Below are positions 51,931 to 64,000 of a stretch of DNA of 64,000 nucleotides, in pieces (the first letter of the stretch is position 1; each line of letters opens with the position of its first letter). The stretch spans positions 108,626,001 through 108,690,000 of the forward strand of contig NC_087437.1 of NCBI RefSeq assembly GCF_036321535.1, written 5' to 3'. Made by a program: the position numbers and the translations under genes. Below the pieces are notes generated by a model. It did not search any database and had not been told where the DNA came from. It saw only the letters and a list, made by a program, of their open reading frames with translations. This stretch comes from Camelus dromedarius (Eukaryota).

Positions 51931-53199
51931 AAAGTGATCCCAGGAGCCCAGAGCCCAGATCCACCTGCATCTCCTGGTCAGATGGCTGAAGCCACAAGAG
52001 AAGAAGGCTCAGGTAGGAAGAGGAGGGGCCACCTGGAGATATGGGCCCAGAGTCAGGATGGTCATTTTACCCTATGGCCTTCAAGAGAGGGACAAAGGGC
52101 ACCCAGAAAAGCAATCTATAAATATTGAGATGCATTTGCTTTAAATGGTCAAGAAACGTGAAATGACTCCACAGGCCTGCAGTTTTTCTAAACTTATGAA
52201 AGTGGAAAAGTTCAACACAAACAGAGCAATCCAGACACTCCGTAAATGGAAGTCACCCTCCCTGTCTTTTGACAATCATCACGCACACTTATGATCCCAT
52301 GGTAAGTACAGCCTTAAAGGGCCCTGATATGTGCACACACACCCCAACAGGGGAAAAAAATGTAAATATTGGCAGAGTATCTGGGGTTATTTTGGGTCCC
52401 CCCATAAAAAAATACTAAGTGAAATGGAATAAACACAGTTCAAGATGATTGAAACACTGAAGAATATTTAAACCTGGGAAAAGAATCTCTCTGGTTGAAA
52501 TGTGACTTCACCTAAGATTCTTAGAGCCATCAGCTAGCATGCCAGAGCCATTCAAATCTCTCCATGGCTGAATGTTAGCATTCCACCAGAATGGGGAGCA
52601 TGAGGCCATTTCTGACAACAGCACATCCTATGAGTAATAATAGCTTTTTAAGTTGTTTTTCATGAAGGTCATCCGCATACTGCATAAAATAATTGATAAC
52701 AGAAAATTTGCCAGCAGTAACAAGGACCATCACCAGGGAAAGTACCTGAACTAGCATAAAGAATCTACAGGCAAATGCTGAACTAACCCGTCTTCCCAGT
52801 GACTACGTAAATCTTGCTAAATGCTGCTCACATGGAAATAATCTTGGTCACCCTTAAAATAGTCTCTATGGTGATAAACTTCAGGCTAAGTGGATTAGGA
52901 AGAAGTGTTCCTTGATACATTGAGTCTTCATGGATTGAGAAGAATTTGAGATAACCAGGGTCTTCCAAATGCAAGTATGTCCTTCCTGAATGAGCCACAT
53001 TGTGCAATAAATTGAAACAGAAGGCTCCAAGGAAGACATCGTCACAGAGCCTTAGGGAGAGTTCAGAGCAGAGTTAAGAAGATCAAAAATCTCCCAGATA
53101 ACCTGGGAGTGAATGCCAAAAGAAATAAGAGTTTACTCACTCATTCAATCATTCATTCAACAAACAGTTATTAAATGACATCTATATGCCAGATCCGAG

Positions 53200-53456
53200 G
53201 TGCTTTGGACATTCATGTTTGCGTCTCCCCCAAATTCATAGGTTGAAGCCCTTAGACCCAATGTGATAGAATGAGGAGGTGAGCCCTTTAGGAGGTGATT
53301 AGGTCATGAAGGTGGAGCCTGTATGATAGGTTTAGTGCCTTTATAAGAAGAAACACAAGTAAGCTTGCTCTTTCTCTCTGCCATGTAAGGACACAGTAGG
53401 AAGGTGGCCATCTACAAACCAAGAAGCGAGCCTTCACCAGCCACTGAATCTGCTGC
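53200..53456 (+). mobile_element. MaLR LTR (MLT1A-like), 3'-truncated
   Basis: cccccaaattcataggttgaagccc...ggaggtgattaggtcatgaaggtggagcc...gaaggtggccatctacaaacc. Confidence 0.88.
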
Positions 53457-55404
53457 TTTCACGCTTAGGGTACCACTGAGAAGTAGAGGGTGTAAGTGAC
53501 CCTAACACCCACTAGGCTCTAAGACCTACAAGCCGAACACTCACAATAGCCATGCCAGTTCTAAACAATACATTTGGGGGTGGAAATTGAAGCTTAAGGG
53601 TTGTTTTTGGTTTTGGTTTTGGTTTTGTTTCACATTGAGAAGGTACTGGACGCTGGCAGGAAATGTTCTGCTCATTTGGAGAAAAATCCCCAGAAACATG
53701 GCCAGCAGAGGTCCCACCTCCCAATATGGAAGCCTGAGACACAGAAGATCTGCCTTCTCCCAGTCAGAGAGTGGGTCTTTCCTCTGCCAGGATCTAAGCC
53801 AGGCTTTGCTTCCCTGAATTCTTGCCAGAGCCTGGTCCTCTATGCAAGTCTATTAAATTCTTTTTTTAAAACCTAAGTTAACAGAGTCAAATCCTGTTAT
53901 CTGAAACCAAGAATCCTGGGCATGATACATCCACACACTTCTGGAAGAAAATTTCTCCAAAATATTTTTTAATGGTGGGTAGAAGATAGAAGGAGGTGAA
54001 GGAAGAAGGCAGAGAGGAAGGGAAAATGAATATCTCATCCTTCAATGGAAAAAAAAAACTTTTAAAAATATATTATTTTCTATTCTGATTTCTTTTGGAC
54101 TCAACTTTTGGGTCCATGAGCCATCGACCAGTGATATTCAGTATATTAGCAGAAATCAATTTGTGGGGACAAGAGGGATACAAAATGATGTCATGGTATA
54201 TAAAAAAAACAGCAGGTTGATAATTCAATGTTACCAAAAAAAGCATCACCTTTCAGACAGTAACTGGCCCCTGATATCTACATGCCAAGTATTGTCAGGT
54301 TCATGCCCACGGCTGTTGGTATTCGATACCATTTTCGTTATCTGCACAAAAGTTAATGGACCAAAAAAAAAAAAAAAACACTGTTTAGTTCAGATTCTCT
54401 CTCTTTTTTTAAACATAACCTGTATTGTATAATTTTTTACTAAAAAAAAAAATTGCAAGGGGAATGGGGCTTCATTTATTAGCAAGTTGCTAAGGGGAAT
54501 TTATTAACAACACTATTTCTTTTTAAGAGGGTTCTTTTATTTATGCAGCACTTCCAGACTTTAAAAGCACAATTATTGTGTTAACGCTTTTGATTTTCAG
54601 GTTTTTAGTATAAACCCAACCTAGCAAGGCACAGACACTGGGCATTTCTCCCTGGAGTCACTTTGCCTTATTATCAGGGCTGGACTTGAGTATCCTTCCC
54701 TGGAAGGGGCACAGAATCTCTCATTGTAGGACACACATTCTTGAGCCAGCACAAAGAGGCACAGTAGTGGTTCAGGATGTGGTTTCAGCCAAAGGTGATA
54801 CGATCACAGGGCTAGGTCAGGAGGAAATGACAAGCAGGAGTTGTCCTAAGTGTGTTCCCAGTACCTGGAGTCTTCCCGTCCTTTTCCCTTTCTAACTCTC
54901 GAAGAGTCTCAGGTACCACTGATGTGAATAATTAGTAATAAGAGCCGGAAGCAAAAGCTCTGGAACACTTGAGCTCTTTTGAACACAAAGTAATAACAGT
55001 AGTAAGCTCACAACCGAATCACTGAGTTGAGGGCAGACTGTATTACACCAAAGAACCTGTACCTTACTAATTGAGAAAATTGTTCTAAACTGTGTACTAT
55101 ACTCAGAGTTAAAAGCTCTCCAAACATCCTGCTCCACCCAAGAACCATTAACTCTCTGATTTTCACACCTGGGTGACAAATATTCACACTCTGGATCTTT
55201 GGTCTGGCTCACTTTTCCATCATTAGAAGATTCAACATATAGTTGTGCAACACATACAGACGACTGTGTTACTCATAATCATCCATTCACTGATTCATGC
55301 ATTCGAGCAACAACTGTGAATTGAGTGGCTGCTCACAAGGAACTCAAATCCAGATTCAGCTCATATATTTTTAGTACTAATCATGCAATAGGTATTGAGT
55401 TCAA

Positions 55405-55605
55405 CTCGCCTTTGTAGGCACCTATCATGTCCTAGATATGAGCTAGTTACTTTAACATGTTATCTCATTTGATCTCTGAACAACATTCATGGCAGGCATT
55501 AGCATTTTTCTTTTATAGACAGGAAACTGAGGCTCAGAAAAGTCAAGTGGCTTGTCCAAAATCAGGTAATTAGCCAAGACTTAAAATTGGTCTTCTGGCC
55601 CTAAG
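55405..55605 (-). mobile_element. MIR SINE
   Basis: ttttatagacaggaaactgaggctcagaaaagtcaagtggcttgtccaa. Confidence 0.85.
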
Positions 55606-56134
55606 TCCTCTGGCTCCATCCAATTGGTAATATTTTTCTGTCTTATGATCCTGCTCCAGATAAAGGAGTATCTGATCAGGAAGAAAGAAAATCACTTACA
55701 GTTTGATCAGGAAGAAAGGAACCACGAACTGCTGGAATCAGGTTTGCCCATGCGCTGATACTAGGTCAGGAAAACACCAACCCCAGAGACACAGGATTCA
55801 ACATCAAATCTTTTCAGTTCTTGGGAGCATGGCGTCCAAAGGCTACTACTTTTAACTACAGCAGAGACACATAAATAAATGGAGGTGACATAGTCCAGCA
55901 ATGGCAGAATTTCAAGATTTTTCTAAGTGACTCCTAACAACTTATCCAAGACTGAGAATGATTTACCAGGTGCATCCCCGCACCATAATCAAAAAGAAAC
56001 CATTTCCCAACTAAACAAGGATGAATTAAATTATATCTCTTTTTTGGCTCCACCATTTTGAAATTTCTAACTCACTGAGGTTGTTCTTAATTTTAACTTT
56101 TTTTTTAATTTGTGGAAACAGGTTATATACACAT

Positions 56135-56310
56135 TCAGCTAAGAGCATAGGTTCTGAAATTAGGCTGCCTGATTCAAACACTGGCTCAATTACCTACCAG
56201 CTATGGAAATAAGCATATTGCTTTCCTAGAATTCAGTTTCCTCGTCCATAAAATGGGCATAAAATGCTTAGAACAAAATCTGGAATATACTAAGTGCTAA
56301 ATAAATGCAT
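56135..56310 (+). mobile_element. MIR SINE
   Basis: taagagcataggttctg...tcagtttcctcgtccataaaatggg. Confidence 0.8.
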
Positions 56311-56524
56311 GCCTTTTTAAAAAAAAATGTGAGTAGTATAAAGGAATGTACCATTAAATCCACCCATGTCCTCCAGTTTCTCAGTTCTCCTTTCCTAGGA
56401 TAACCTCTAGTATCAGTTTAGACAGAGAGAGAGAGAAGGGGAGAGAGAGAGAGAGAGAGAGATGGGTAAAGATAGAGATAGATATATAGAGCTAATCTAT
56501 GTACACATAGATATTCTAACTATA

Positions 56525-56975
56525 GAGGCATACCTAATTTTATTATGCTTTGATTTATTGTGCTTTGCAGATATTGCATTTTTTACAAATTGAAGGTTTG
56601 TGGCAATTGGGTGTCGAGCAAGTCTATTGGCACCATTTTTCCAACATTTGCTCACTTTTTGTCTGTGTCACATTTTGGCAATTCTCACAATGTTTCGAAC
56701 TTTTCACTATTATTATATGTGTTACAGTGACCTGTGATCATTGATGTTGCTGAAGGCTCAGATGATGGTTAGCACTTTTTAGCAATAAAGTATTTTTTAA
56801 TTAAGGTATGCACATTATGTTCTTAGACAAAATGCTATTGCACACTTAATAGATTACAGTGTAAACATAATTTTCTATGCACTGGGAAACAAAAAAAATG
56901 TGTGTATGACTCACTTCATTGCTATATTTGCTTTATTGCAGTGGTCCAACCTGCAATACCTCTGAGGTATGCCTG
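56525..56975 (+). mobile_element. Internally deleted Tigger1 (Tigger1a_Art-like), second copy
   Basis: TA|gaggcatacc...gaggtatgcctg|TA, showing TIRs and TA TSDs; same architecture as 10184-10670. Confidence 0.92.
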
Positions 56976-57039
56976 TATGCGATCACAGATGCACACACAT
57001 ACATATAATTATGTATGCACACTTATATATAATGTATGT

Positions 57040-57600
57040 AAAATGTCCATACATGTTTTACTTTTTTCACAAACATAAGCACACCATACACATGTTGATT
57101 TTCTCCTTAATATTTATGGAGATATTTCTATATTGACACATGTAGATCTGCCACATTCTTCTACAAATCACGTGTAATATTCTGTTTTATGGCTATGCTA
57201 TCATTTATTTAGCCAGGTTCCTGCTGGCAGACATTCATGGTGTTTCCAATATTTTGCTACCTCAAGAAAAATGTTGAAATGAACATCCTTGTACATACAT
57301 GTGAGAGTTTGTCTGTAGAAAAATTCCAGAAGAGTGAATTTTGGGTTGAAGATTCTGTGTATTTTAAATTTTTGTGGATATTGCCAACTGCTTTCCAAAT
57401 AAGTTGAACATGTTTATATTCCCACCAGCAGAACATGAGAGTCTTTTTTTCCCCATATGTTCATCGAGATGCACTTTTCAGTGCCAAACTAATGGGAGAA
57501 TTCTAATGACATCTTACTGTAATTTGAATTTGTATTTATCCTATGAGTGAATCTGGTGTATTTCCAATGTTTACATATTTTAACTTCCTTTTCAAAATTG
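57040..57600 (-). mobile_element. Old L1ME-type 3' fragment
   Basis: gaacatccttgtacatacat...ggatattgccaactgctttccaaa...tcccaccagcagaacatgagagt. Confidence 0.75.
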
Positions 57601-58910
57601 GCTTTAGGTCACCTCACTTGCTCCAAAGATGGTTATTGATAATTGGATTCTGTTTCTGAAGACTTAAGCTAGTTCTCCTGTAGATTATTTTTCAGTGGTT
57701 GAAATTGGCAATATATGCTTCTTTGAGATTCAGTGCTGCGGAGCATAAAACTCATGGCATTTGTCAAAGAAAAATGTATCAATACCTACATTTTTCATCA
57801 CTATGGTGAGGAGTTGGAGGTGAGGAGGAAGAAATCTACACCTATGTCATACTACCTCAAAGCAGGCTTGCCAAAATGTTGATTTGATATTGTAAAACCA
57901 TAAAGAGAAATTCTCCAACCCACACGTTGGTCCAAAACCTGAGTTAAAAATACTTCTGAATAGGAATATGGATTCGAGAATTGCCAGATCTAAATGGTAA
58001 AACCTCTCTGAGGTGAAAGTCTGCTGAGTTCTCAAATACCTTAGATAATTAATGGACAGAAAGCAAAAGAACATCCCTAGTTTTTCTTCCATAGAAGACC
58101 TTCTGAGGTTGATGCTGGCAGCACACATACCCGAGGAAATTCCTCGTTTTCATTCTTTATATTCCTTGAAAAGCATCCCATTGTCCCATTTTAATTTTCA
58201 ATAGAGATTTTCTAAACACAGTCAGTAAAAGAACATGAAGTGAACAATTGCTATATAAATGTAAGAAGAAAAATTTCTCATCTGTCTGAAACAGTTTCTA
58301 ATATTAAAAGTAAATCCTTTATTTTTATTTTTCCATCAGCTATTAAAAATAAAACAAAGTGTATATTCACGTGCTCTATTTAGGGTATTATAGGTATGAC
58401 TGTTTAGAAAAAAACATTTTTAAAATCTGTTGCTTATTTGTTTTATGTAACACCTACTTCCAAAAATGTGAGATTATAAAGCAATATGAAAAACTTGTGT
58501 GTGTGTATATGTATATGTATCATGTACATGTACATATACATACATGATACATATACATTCACAAATATCACAAAGTCTATATCCTCCAAAATGGTTGATT
58601 TGACAGGCTTTGCTTGCCTAAGCTCCTCATCGGGAATTTTATTCATAATTTCATGCAATTTTAAATATCTTTAACAGTGGCTGATATCCATCCTCTGTAA
58701 GTGGAAAAAGGATAGTTTTCTCCAGCTGCCCATCGTCTTTCTCTACACTCCTCACTTTAGCCTCACCTTCCATATAAACCCTGACCATGTACTCCTTACA
58801 TAGAAATGTACATGGAAACATGTCCATATGTATGAGTATTGTTGGCTATTTTACAACAAGGGATCCTACAATGTCTATGTCTTGCTCTCCTCACTCAAAA
58901 ATACCTTGTG

Positions 58911-59052
58911 GACTAAGTCTGCGTGTCTGTTTCTGTTTTGTAGATGAGTTCATAGTGTCCTTTTTTTTTTTTAAGATTTCATATATGAGTGATATCATAT
59001 GGTATTTTTCTTTCTCCTTCTGGCTTACTTCACTTACTTTACTTCAATAAAA
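58911..59052 (+). mobile_element. Tiny 5'-inverted L1 insertion with TSD
   Basis: Antisense 3'UTR segment at about 58917-59035, then the sense terminus actttacttcaataaaa. TSD aaaaata(c/t)cttgtg at 58897-58910 and 59053-59066. Confidence 0.8.
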
Positions 59053-59069
59053 AAAAATATCTTGTGTAA

Positions 59070-62000
59070 ATCACTACAAGTTAAGAGATATAGCACTAAT
59101 TCATTCCTTCTAATGAGGTTTTTGCCACCACAAACATAAGGCCTTACATACTGATGCCTTCCGTTCTATGGAACAGAATCCAAGGACAGGAATTGCTGGG
59201 CCAAAAAGTATACATACTTTTTTAATTTAATAGGTGTTGGCAAATGGATTTCCCAAAACCTTTAACACTTCATATTTCTACCAGCCCTGAGAATAATCTT
59301 TCCCCTAAATCACCACCAGTAATAGTTATCATAGTTCTTTTCCACTTTTGTCAGTCTCATGTAAAATGACATTTTATTTTTACTATAATTTGCATTTCAA
59401 ACAATGAATTTGAAATCTTTTTATAAATTTGTTGGCCATTTGGATTTACTATTCTTTGCCCATTTTTCAGTTGGGTTGTTTCTCGTCTTGCCAAATATTT
59501 AGCTATTGGACAAATCAGTTACAAATATTTTATTCTAAATTGAATATTTGTCTATATCTTTTAAAGGTACCTTTGGTCATATCAAGGTTCTTAGCTTTAT
59601 AAATTTAAACATATCTTTTCCTTTTGTAGCTTCTGGATTTCTGTAGCTTCTGGAAAAGATGTTCTTCAGTGCATAGATTTTATATATTTTGCTTTGAGAT
59701 AATTTTAGAAGACTTTTGCAATTTTATTTTGACCATGTAAGTTTTTCAGCCATCTGGAATTTATATTTAAATGTAGAATAAGATAGGGATCTACTTTTCT
59801 TCCAGATGGGTAGGCGATTTTCCAAATATCATTTATTAAATAATTGATTGATTTCTCACTAAAATAGTCTATCACTTTAGAAATATATTCAACTATCATC
59901 TACACTAGGCTTATTTCTTCATTCTTTATTCTATTCCTTTACCAATACCACGTGACTGAGATACAGTAGCTTTATTATACATGCTAATACCTGTAAGATA
60001 AGAGCTCTCACTAGTCTCCCTTGCTTTTTCTTTTTTTCTTTTTTTTTTTTTTTTTTTTGGCATTTCTGGAACATCTGTTCTTCATTATGGACTTTAAACT
60101 TCTTTGACCAATCATCCTCCCCAAAAGTACCAATTCTAATTTAAGTGCACTAATTTACATATTTATTAGGTATATGGATTTAACATTTGTGTTACTAAGT
60201 ACTCCTGACCAGCAGGTATGCTTTCCATTTGTTCAAATCTTACCTAATTTCTTTCAGTAAGATTTTATCATTTCCCTTATAGAGATAATTTGTCTCTTAT
60301 TCAATTAATTCTTAAGTATTTTACATATGTCAACACTTGTAAATAAGACATTTTTTCCCATTTTTATTTCCAAGTATTTTGTTAAAGTAGATTAAAACTA
60401 TCACTTTTTAAAAATTTTATCTTGTATCCATGGCCTTACCAAGTTACCCTTTTTAAATCTAGTGATATATACTAGGAGATCTTGAATTTTCTCAGTATAA
60501 ACTATCATCCTCAAAAAGATTATCTTATCACTTTTTTCAAATTTGACATCAGGCATTTTACTTTATTGCCTTCTATATTCACTAGCACCTCCAAGGTAAT
60601 GTTAAGTATAATGGTGATAGTGGTTATCCCTATCTTGTGACTGATTTAATTAATATTTGTGTTTTTAAAATTAAAGTATTTGCTGAGTGGCTTTATAATG
60701 TCTCATTTCATAATCTATCTCCCTTAATAGTTTTATTAGAAATGACTAATGATTTCTGTCAAATGTCTTCTAAGTATCTATTGATATAACCGTATTTTTT
60801 CTTTAATGTGTTTATGTAATAGATTATGTTGATAGATTTCCTGATACTCAAGAACTCCTGAAAATCTGGTATGGAAAATCTACTCTGTAAAATGCATTGC
60901 AGATTTTGTTTGGTAATAGTTATTAAGAATTACCCTTTACATTCCTTGGTGATCTATGGCTTTATTTGTTGGCCAACTTAGCAGGTTTGTTTTAAAGTTA
61001 TTTCAGCTTGATAAAATGGATTTGAAAGATTTCCTTCAACATTTCAGATAATATTGCAGTTACCTACTTTTTAAAGATCAGCCAAATCTTAGTTTTGAAA
61101 ATATCTGATTATGGTGCCTTTCTCAATGTCAAAGTTATAATCTTTGTTATGTTACCTCCAAAATTTAATCTACTCTTAGGTCAGTTTTGTTAAGAAATCA
61201 TTTTTTTTCTAGATTCTTCAAATTTATTACTCTAGAGTTGCATGAATTTTTATATTTTAATTATTTTAAACTTTTCCCTATCTGTATTTTATGTTTCATT
61301 CCTTGTTCTTAATATTTACTCACTTTCTAACTCTTTTCCTTAATCAGAACTATAAGGTGCTCATCTATTTTATGGGTATTTTAAAAATTTCTTTTGGATT
61401 TGTTTATTCTTTTTTCTAATTTTTTAATTTTGTTATTCATTAATTTCAGATTTCACTTCTTATAACTTATCTCTTTTGGTTTATTTTTCTAACTTCTTAA
61501 GTGGAATTATTATTTCATCTATTTGGTTTTATCCTTTAATAATGATGGCATTAAAAAGCTAAAAATCTCCCTGAGTGCAGATTTTGATAGCTTTCAAAGA
61601 TTTAGATATAAAGTGTTGTCCTTTTCACTGTTTTCAACATAGTTTGTAATCTCACTTTTAATGTTATATTTGATCCAAAGGTTATTTAGAATTATGCTCA
61701 TTAATTTCCAAAGAGACTAAAATTTCAGGCCAACTTTTTTATTATTTTTCTCCTATTTTGTTGAATTTGATCAGAGATTTTGCACTACAAAATTTCTACT
61801 TTAAAATTGTTGAAGTTTTCTGAGACTAAGTACAGTACGAAAATAAGATCTATTTCATAAATATTCTGTAAATATGTGAAAAATATGTATTCTCCCTTAA
61901 GAGGATGTAAGGTTTAATAATCTATTAAAGTTTATTGATGTATCATTTTTTCCTATACATCCTTTTTTTGTTGTTTTTCACCAGACTTGTACAATTATAG

Positions 62001-62220
62001 AAGACAAATATTCTTCCACAATAATTTTATTTTTTTCAAATATTACCTTCATTCCTAAAACACTTTGCTTTGTATAGGTAGCAGCTATGTTGTTTGGTGC
62101 AAACAAATTTGTAAATGTAATACACTCTTCATAAACTGTTCCCTTTATTATTACATAATGTACTTCTTCAGTGCATTTAACTTTAAATTTGACCTTGTCT
62201 ATTAATTAATATTGCCATTT
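59070..62220 (-). mobile_element. Ancient L1M ORF2 remnant (about 3 kb)
   Basis: ORF 59705..59899(-) contains ...KVDPYLILHLNINSRWLKNL..., resembling L1 ORF2 LDPFLTPYTKINSRWIKDL; the plus strand is T-rich throughout. Confidence 0.8.
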
Positions 62221-62961
62221 ATTGCATAAAATAAATTGCAGTCATGTCAGAAAATACATATTCTGGGTCTTATAAAGTATCGCCAAAGAATGCCCTCCTT
62301 TTGGAAAAGGGATTCTATGAGCTACTCTCCATATAAGTCTTTATACTGTTCAACTAGACTGCATTCATGTCACAAAGCTATATATGTTCTAGGAACAGTG
62401 TTCTTACATGGTCAGATGCTTATTGAAAACTACCCAGATTTGAGTCAGGTATTGTGGTTGGTTTCGACTTTTGGACAGTAACAGACTCTTGTTTCAGAGG
62501 TTATGCTGACCCAACTCAGCCTGTAATCCCACTATTAAGACTTGTACCCTTTTTCCGATCTTCATGTCTGGACCACAAAACAGCTGCAAATTTCCACCAC
62601 ATCTTCCTTTCTTTTTATTTGAATTTGTCTCATATCTCTTTGTTTAATCTTTAATATTAGCCATCAACACTGCCTAAATGAGACTTTATTTTCTTATAAA
62701 TAGTATATAGCTACATTGTATTTTTACCCCAGTCTACACGCTCTGTCAACTATGTTCCTAACTACTCTTCTTAACCACCAGGACACTCTACCCCATCTCT
62801 ACTTCTTTCTAAATCCCGATAAGATGAAGCTCATAAAATATCTTCATTCACCTCACTCCTCCCCTCCTTCACCCTCCAATGAGAACCTTGGAGAGCTTCT
62901 ACTGCTCTCCACAGTCCCCAGCTTCTAGGTCTTCCTGAGTTAGTGTAGAACATATCAGACA

Positions 62962-64000
62962 TTTCAAACTGAAAAACTTCTGCACAGCAAGGAAACAATC
63001 CACAAAGTAAAAAGGCAAGCTACAGAATGGAAGGAAATATTTGTAAACCATATAGGTAAAGGGTTAATACCCAAAATATATAAGGAACTCAAACCACAAA
63101 ATAGCAAAAAATAAATAAATAAAAACCATATCAAATAATCCAATTTAAAAATGGGCAAAGGATCTGAATAGACATTTCTCCAAAGAAGACATACAAATGG
63201 TCAATGGGTATATGAAAATGTACTTGACATCACTAATCATCAGAGAAATTTGCAAATGTTAGCCACTATATATAAAAATAGATTAAAAAACACATTTATT
63301 CGGTATAGCACAAGGAACTATATTCAGTATCTTATAATAACCTTTAATGAAAAAGAATACAAAAACAAATATATGTATGTATATACATGACTGGGACAGA
63401 AATTGACCCATTTTAACTGACTGTACTTCAATTTAAAAAAATCACAATGAAATATCACCTCACACCTAGTAGGATGGCTATTATCAATAAAAGAAAAGGT
63501 AGCAAGTACTGGTGAGAATTTGGAGAAAAGGGTATTTTTTATACACTGGTAGTGGGGATGTAAATTGATATAGCCACTATGGAAAATAGTATGGAGGTTC
63601 CATCAAAAGTTAAAGATAGAATTACATTTGATCAAGCAATCTCTTGTCGGGGTATATATCCAAAGGAATTGAAACAGGATTTCAAAGAGATATCTGCATA
63701 TTCAGGTTCACTGCAGCATTATTCACATCACCAAGATGTGGAAGCAACCTATACTTTCATCAACAAATGAACAGATAAGGAAAATGCCATATGTAAGCAA
63801 AATGGAAAAGCATTCCACTTTAAAAAAAGAAATTTTATCATATGCAACACGATGAGGATGTTATGCTAAGTGAAATAAGCCAGACACAGAAGAACAAATA
63901 CTACATGATCCGACTTATATGAGAAATCTGAAACACTCAAACTCATAAGAGCAAAGTGTAGAGAGTGGTTACTAGGTGCTGGGGGGAGGGGAAAGCAGGC
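62962..64000 (+). mobile_element. L1 (L1MA/MB-type) 3' region with a younger L1 3'UTR nested at about 63250-63441
   Basis: aaacttctgcacagcaaggaaacaatc...gacatttctccaaagaagacatacaaatgg...tatcacctcacacctagtaggatggcta. The nested piece matches the 3'UTR of the 5410-5673 element. Confidence 0.93.

Noticed and set aside
52575..52757. Hydrophobic 60-aa ORF resembling a signal-peptide or membrane microprotein
   Set aside because: There is no recognisable family or supporting gene structure, and ORFs of this length are expected by chance.
53699..53717. CTCF-like TGGCCAGCAGAGGTCCCAC
   Set aside because: It has mismatches in the conserved GGCRS part and is too weak to call.
54892..55212. 106-aa minus-strand ORF
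   Set aside because: It has a GTG start and no recognisable domain or clear splice context.
57812..57890. Plus-strand peptide VGGEEEEIYTYVILPQSRLAKML, faintly like the start of a KCTD/KCNRG BTB domain
   Set aside because: The spacing is wrong, a stop follows two codons later, and there is no downstream DRD motif; most likely chance.
1..64000. CRISPR array, operon-like or prokaryotic defence system; intact provirus
   Set aside because: There is no regularly spaced repeat-spacer array or dense coding region, the LTRs are solo with no recognisable PBS or gag/pol/env, and the content is typical mammalian repeat-rich DNA.

Overview
This is AT-rich, CpG-depleted, repeat-dense eutherian mammal DNA, intergenic or deep-intronic. 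It is most likely from a camelid (alpaca, llama or camel). The evidence is a Vic-1-type tRNA-derived SINE, artiodactyl-type Tigger1 deletion derivatives, and no Alu, B1, BovB, Bov-tA or PRE-1 elements that I could see. I recognise no intact protein-coding gene and no functional RNA gene. The ORFs in the track that look like real proteins are LINE-1 ORF2 remnants; most others are chance ORFs, many with TTG or GTG starts. The window is a mosaic of L1 fragments of several ages, ERV1/ERVL/MaLR solo LTRs, hAT and Tigger MITEs, MIR, L2 and microsatellites. The points worth a second look are: several atypical L1 insertions (twin-primed inversions, and a tail-less internal ORF2 fragment inside an LTR); nested insertions with intact TSDs; a consensus CTCF site near a local CpG-rich patch; a repeat-free enhancer-like block at about 48.2-48.9 kb; and weak candidate minus-strand non-coding exons. 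I found no convincing previously undescribed biological system. Repeat subfamily names come from recalled consensus sequences, and boundaries are approximate unless a TSD is quoted.
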